The notes beneath the pieces are model-generated. The model did no database searches. It saw only the letters and a program-made list of their open reading frames with translations, and had not been told where the DNA came from. Shown here in pieces: positions 63,620 through 64,000 of a stretch of DNA of 64,000 nucleotides. Each line of letters begins with the position of its first letter. Position 1 is the first letter of the stretch. Origin of the DNA: Heteronotia binoei (lineage: Eukaryota); the NCBI RefSeq assembly GCF_032191835.1, contig NC_083228.1, positions 45,694,001 to 45,758,000 on the forward strand, in the 5' to 3' direction. Both the position numbers and the translations under genes were made by a program.

Positions 63620-63946
63620 GAGCATCCCAGGGAGGTCTGTTGTGAGTTTGATGCCTCTAGCTTACATAGGGCCAGTTCTACATACTCCTGAACCCATGCC
63701 TGACATGTCCCCAAAAAAGCACTTTCCCGGTGGGGAGGAAACCTTGTTTGGAAGTTTGTATCTTGGGCACCCCCCAAAAAACCCAATCTGCATATAACTT
63801 ATAGGACATATGGGGGGGGGGGCATCCTGGGGAAGTCTGCTTTGAGTCTGATGCCTCTAGCTTGCATAGGATCCATTCTATACATTCCAGAACCCACACC
63901 TGACAGCTCCCCAAAAAAGCACTTTCCTGGAAACAACTTGTTTGGG
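63620..63946. repeat. Two diverged ~130-bp units at 200-bp period, within an unclassified repeat
   Basis: GCATCC...GTCTG...TGATGCCTCTAGCTT...CCCCAAAAAAGCACTTTCC at 63622 and 63822. Confidence 0.8.
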
Positions 63947-64000
63947 GGTCCAAAATGTATATTCCTCCCCAAGTCCAGTCTTCACCAATCTTGATGGGCA

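Overview
Vertebrate genomic DNA, inferred to be squamate and probably gecko from its repeat content. I could not recognise any host protein-coding gene, and most short ORFs in the track are repeat-derived or spurious. The window is a dense mosaic of mobile elements: a hAT transposase pseudogene with nested insertions, CR1, L2 and RTE LINE fragments, a full-length degenerate L1 with a 19-bp TSD, an internally deleted L1, solo LTRs, tRNA- and 5S-derived SINEs and many MITEs. There is one assembly gap. The most notable element is a complete Ngaro-type tyrosine-recombinase retrotransposon (36943-43123) with split direct repeats, gag, RT/RNase H, YR and an SGNH-hydrolase ORF. That hydrolase ORF has no start codon of its own and follows a canonical 3' splice site. 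A perfect CAG|GTAAGT donor in gag is in matching phase, which predicts a spliced Gag-N/hydrolase fusion. A second, divergent gag fragment in the window also has a phase-1 donor. Other notable observations are a multi-template-switch CR1 5' junction, two pairs of diverged local duplications in unique-looking DNA, and a solo LTR inserted in a CR1-born microsatellite. All coordinates and identities were read by eye.
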